A stretch of 64,000 nucleotides of DNA, from the NCBI GenBank assembly GCA_000004695.1, contig CM000151.3, positions 3,488,001-3,552,000 of the forward strand, written 5' to 3'. The DNA is from Dictyostelium discoideum (taxonomy: Eukaryota). The position numbers and the translations under genes are program-made. Below are positions 59,588 to 64,000 of this stretch, in pieces. Within the stretch, counting starts at the first letter, position 1; each line of letters starts with the position of its first letter. The notes under the pieces were generated by a model, which saw only the letters and a list, made by a program, of their open reading frames with translations, had not been told where the DNA came from and did no database searches.

Positions 59588-59765
59588 TTGTAATAAATTT
59601 TTTAAACTTTTATCTACAATATATTATTATATTTTTTTTTTATTTAATTTTTTTTTTGTTTTTGTTTTTTTTTTTATTATTATTATTATTACTTGTGGTT
59701 TTATGTTTTGATTAATTGAGGTTACATTTTATAATTATATGATGAAAAATAATAAAAAAAAAATT

Positions 59766-60414
59766 TTAAACTTGACTAAAATTTTTAACAGCAGCTTCAC
59801 CACTATTCCAATGGAAAGTATCTAATTCAATTGGACCAGAAATTTCAATACCTTCTTCACCAGCGACAGAGATTTGAATCTTTTTAGAAGATCTAGCATC
59901 TCTGTAAAAAAGTACTCTTAAACAATCTTGAATTAATTGTTTAGCTTGTTCTAAATTCATATTTGGATTTTCATCTCTTGCTTTTCTTAATAATGGTAAT
60001 GCAATATGTGAACCATAACCAGTTGTAATAATATCATCTTTGTAACAAGTTCCAACTAAATCAACTTTACCTAAAAAGCTAAAATAAAAAAAAATAAAAA
60101 TGTATTTAAAATTTTACATTATATTAATATAAATATAAATATAATAATAATAATAATTTTAAAAAAAATAAAAAATTAAAAATTAAAATTTTTACCTTTT
60201 ACCACCTTGATAACCCATAACAACTAAAGTATTCCAGAGTGGATTACCTCTATTTCTTTGATTGTATAAAACACGAGCTAAATAATTCCAGATTTCTTCT
60301 GAACTTAATTTTGAACCATCATCCATACAATGATCATCAGTACTATATTATTTCAAAATAAAATAAAATAAAAAAATGAAAATGTAAATTAGTAAATCAT
60401 ATAATTAATAATAT

Positions 60415-60505
<91 letters not shown>

Positions 60506-60854
60506 ATATAGATTTTATATAAAATTATTACATACACTAAATCATTAAGAGTATTTGTAATTGATTGAAAATCACTATATTCACCACTTGCACCAACAAT
60601 AGTATAGCCACCAAATTTCTTCATTCTTTCAGTGCTATTAAATCTTGCTAATGAACCATATGATAATAACATATCTGAACCCATTACAACACCTTTATCA
60701 TATTTAATTGCAATAACTGATGTACCTGTAACAATTGGGTCTCTAAATAAAATGATTCATTATAATTATTTAAATAGATAAATTAATAAGTGTTTGTTTT
60801 TATTGGTTATTTTTTTTTTTTATTTTATTTATCAGTTTATTTGATGATTATGTG

Positions 60855-60890
<36 letters not shown>

Positions 60891-61007
60891 TTACAATGTT
60901 TTTTGTTTTCCACCTAAATGTGGATTATATTGTGGTTGTTGTGGTTGTTGTTGTTTAAAGTAATCTACTTGTCCATATACTGGAAAGTTAACATGTTCGT
61001 GTGACAT
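59766..61007 (-). CDS. psmB4: Proteasome subunit beta type-4 (PSMB4/beta7) homolog, 259 aa. Four exons, 61007..60895, 60742..60536, 60342..60196 and 60078..59766.
   Basis: Spliced protein [99 protein letters not shown]...|TDDHCMDDGSKLSSEEIWNYLARVLYNQRNRGNPLWNTLVVMGYQGGK|SFLGKVDLVGTCY...NLEQAKQLIQDCLRVLFYRDARSSKKIQISVAGEEGIEISGPIELDTFHWN. It is colinear with human PSMB4 ([34 protein letters not shown]...LGASGDYADFQYL...MNPLWNTMVIGGY...RVLYYRDARS). Donors are GTAAAT, GTATGT and GTAAAA, all in phase. Confidence 0.85.
60424..60506. repeat. (TTA)n microsatellite inside psmB4 intron 2
   Basis: Perfect trinucleotide repeat of about 27 units. Confidence 0.9.
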
Positions 61008-61317
61008 TTTGTATGTTTAATATGTATTTGTGATGAAATAAAAAAAAAAAAATAAAAAAATAAAAAATGAAAAAATTAAAAAAAAAAAAATTTTGTGAAC
61101 AGCAAAAAATTTAATTAAAAAAAAAAAAAAAAATAAAAAAAAAAAAATAAAAAAAAAAAAAAATTAAAAAATAAATAAAAAAAAAAAAAAATTAAAATGG
61201 AGTTGCTTGGAAAAAAAAAAAAAAAAAAAAAATTATATATTTCTTTTTTTTTGAATGTATATTAAGATATATTATTATTAAAAAAATTATTATTTAGGTC
61301 AATTGTTTTTTTATTTA

Positions 61318-61560
61318 TTTAATAAAAAAAAAAAAATTTTATTGATTTACTTTGTACTTTCATTTTTAATTTTATTATCAATCAATTCTTTTGGATTACA
61401 AAAATTAAAATATAAATATATTTTTGGATTTCTTTGCATGTTGACAATACAAAATGAATCTTTAGCACTAAATCTCGTGACACTTTTATTTGGTTCAATA
61501 TATTGAATTTCACCCATTCTAAAATCAACTTCTTTAATAGGGTCATGGCTACGGCATTTA
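61318..61560 (-). other. Member of a local family of small Cys-containing coding exons (no ATG in frame). The open frame encodes RTQWKNTFEIKCRSHDPIKEVDFRMGEIQYIEPNKSVTRFSAKDSFCIVNMQRNPKIYLYFNFCNPKELIDNKIKNESTK.
   Basis: Shares the pattern TFE(I/L)(S/K)C ... (I/V)(D/E)Y(C/I)EP(D/N) ... (E/D)SFC(I/V)(A/V)N(V/M) ... P ... F(K/N)xC with copies at 61985-62170 (+), 62521-62800 (-) and 63023-63419 (-). Confidence 0.4.
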
Positions 61561-61684
61561 ATTTCAAATGTATTTTTCCATTGTGTTCTTTATTTAATAA
61601 AATAAAATAAAAAAAAAAATATTTAAAAATTAATTAAAAGTATTATAAACTCTACAGATTATATTTTTTGAAATTAAATAAATG

Positions 61685-61717
<33 letters not shown>

Positions 61718-63022
61718 TATTTGATAAATAAGGAAATAATTTTAAAATAACCCTTTGTATAATTGTTTTCCAAATAAAGTTTTAATAAAGATCCCTCAAA
61801 TAATAATAATAAAAATTAACTTTATTTATCAACATTTTGGAAAATTATTTTGTTTAAAAAAAAAAAAATAATAATAAAAAATATAAACAGAAATTGAATG
61901 GTCAAAACAGAAAAAGTATCATATATTATTTGTAGTTCTTTCAATCATAATAGTCTTAATATTAATGTTATTTATCAACATTTTATTGTAACAATTAAAG
62001 ATGACTATTTTTTTTACAAACCATTATCAAAAGATTCAGATGGTAACTTTTGAAGATACTCATGCAAAAGAATCATTTTGTATAGCAAACATGGGTCTTT
62101 CTCCAAATGATTGTTTTTATTTTAAAAAATTACAAATATTAGAATTTTTAAAAAATGACCAATAAATCTCTCAGTAAATAAATTTTAATTTTAGTTTAGA
62201 AATGGTCTAATCTCTTTATTATGTTTATTAAATACCTTTTTTTTTTTTTTTTTTTTTTTTTTTATTTTGAATTTTAAAAAATTGTCAATGATAAATATTT
62301 GTAAAACAACTTAATTATTAAATATATAATTATATTGTTTTATTTTCAAACCTTTTAATATTAAAAGATTAAAATTAGAATTGGATAGTTATATCATACA
62401 AAGAAACTTAATTTTTAGTTTTAAAAAATAAAAATTTTAAAAAATTATAAAAATAAAAAATAGTGAAATTGTTTTGTTTATTTTTGTTATTTTTTAGTTT
62501 TAAATTCATTTTTTATAAAATGTAATACTTCACAAAGTTTAAAATGCAAACACAAATTTGGAGTACGATTTACATTTGCTATACAAAATGATTCTTTATA
62601 TGAGTATCTTGGGAAGTATCATCTGGTTCACAGTAATCGATTTGATAAATTTTCATTGTATTTGGAATACCATAATGGGAATTAATATTAGTACAGGAAA
62701 TTTCAAATGTTTTATTCACAATTTTAATATAAGGGGCAGTGATTATATCAAATCTTGGGTAGGAATTTGTGTCTTTTGAAAATAATTATTATAAATAAAA
62801 CAATTCTTATTTTATAATTTTTGTTTACATTATTATTTTACTCAATTAAATTATTTTTATTCTTTATGGCAAATATATTAATTATTCATTTTATTTTAAA
62901 AAAAATATAAATAAAATAAAAAAATAAATAAATAAATAAAAAAATAAAAAAATAAAATAACCACAACTTCAAATAAAACAAAATTGAATAAGAAAAATTT
63001 AATTGTAAATTTATTTATTGAG

Positions 63023-63419
63023 TTATTTTTTTTTAAAAAACTTTAGCCCATCACAAGTTTTAAAAGCCAAACCAACCATTGGATTACAATTAACGTTTGC
63101 TACACAAAATGATTCTTTGTATGAGTATCTTGAGAAACTATCATCTGGTTCGCAATAATCAATTTCATGAATTACCATTACAGGAGAATAGTAGTTAGGG
63201 GCATTAAATGCAAGAAAGCTCAAAAGTTTTCTCTTGAATTTTAATATAAGGTTTAGAGTCTATTAATAATTTAGAGGGGTTATTTGAATTATTTGATAAT
63301 GGCTTGCAATAAAGTTCTTCCTCTTTAATTGATAATATAAAACTTTCACTAGTTATAGGAAATCGACCATTGACGTATGTTATAGATATAATATATGATA
63401 TATTATCAATGATGCCCAT
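63023..63419 (-). pseudogene. Frameshifted copy of the same small Cys-exon family (two overlapping ORFs, 63204-63419 and 63023-63223)
   Basis: ...YIKIQEKTFELSCI // SFLAFNAPNYYSPVMVIHEIDYCEPDDSFSRYSYKESFCVANVNCNPMVGLAFKTCDGL. The copy at 62521-62800 also needs a 1-nt frameshift. Confidence 0.4.
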
Positions 63420-63740
63420 TTGTTTAATTATTGATTATTTTTTAATATTTTTTTTTTTTTTTATTTTTTCAATTAAGAAATTAAAATTTTATTATTTTAA
63501 TCTAAATTTTTTAGATGATAAATTACAAATTTGTATTTCGACTATTTATGGATAAACTTTTATTTATAAAAAAAGAATGAGATCATGGGTTTAATTACTT
63601 AAATTTTTAAAAAAAAAATACATTGGTCTATTTGATTTGTCAATTAATTGTAAAATAAAACATTACAATTGATCCTTATTAAAATTTATTTATTTTATTA
63701 TTATTTGTACAAAATTATTTTTTATTTTTTATTATTTATT

Positions 63741-63971
63741 TTATTGATTTAAGGTTAATTTACAATTTCTAATTGACTGTTTTTGAATACAATAACCAGT
63801 TGCGGCAGTATAACCAAAATAGGCAAATTTTGGGAAAGTTATATTTGCAGATGGTATTTCTATATTAGTTAATAAGATTTGACCATTATAAATGATTTTA
63901 ATTGATGAATTTAAATGATTATATTCAATTCTAACATTATTTGTATTATTTATAATTGAGTTATTTGTCAT
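63741..63971 (-). CDS. C-terminal part of a gene extending beyond the window end. It may be an L-type (legume-like) lectin domain.
   Basis: The peptide ...YNGQILLTNIEIPSANITFPKFAYFGYTAATGYCIQKQSIRNCKLTLNQ contains a GF(S/T)A(A/T)TG-like motif typical of legume-lectin folds. Weak call. Confidence 0.25.
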   Translation of the reverse strand: MTNNSIINNTNNVRIEYNHLNSSIKIIYNGQILLTNIEIPSANITFPKFAYFGYTAATGYCIQKQSIRNCKLTLNQ

Positions 63972-64000
63972 TGAATAACTATGAATTACATTTGTTAATA

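Overview
This is AT-rich, intron-containing eukaryotic DNA with poly-Asn/Gln codon tracts, (AAT)n microsatellites and tRNA genes with external B boxes. That fits Dictyostelium discoideum, most likely the discoidin I locus. From 1 to about 22 kb the window is a gene-dense stretch of housekeeping genes. From 22 to 52 kb it is an accessory region built around four tRNA genes (two inverted copies of initiator tRNA-Met, plus tRNA-Leu-UAG, tRNA-Glu-UUC and tRNA-Phe-GAA). Each tRNA gene carries a tRNA-targeted non-LTR retroelement (TRE) in the expected position: TRE5-like 5'-truncated copies about 48 bp upstream, and TRE3-like elements about 50 bp downstream. A tandem pair of discoidin I genes plus a discoidin pseudogene fragment sit in the middle. 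The remaining 12 kb returns to housekeeping genes and a cluster of degenerate small Cys-containing exons. Two paralogous Ire1/RNase L-like kinase-KEN genes (dictyBase irl family type) sit in inverted orientation at the two ends of the window. The most unusual structures are three. First, a nested palindromic duplication centred near 28.8 kb that carries the two initiator tRNA-Met copies. Second, a roughly 100-bp A-tailed module with a perfect 13-bp target-site duplication that shares its 3' terminus with TRE5-type ends (a SINE-like element, or the extreme 3' end of TRE5 inserted on its own). Third, the kinase-KEN paralogs, which have degenerate kinase catalytic motifs but an intact nuclease motif. 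No prokaryotic-style systems (CRISPR, operons) are present. All calls come from reading the sequence and remembered family motifs; no searches were run.
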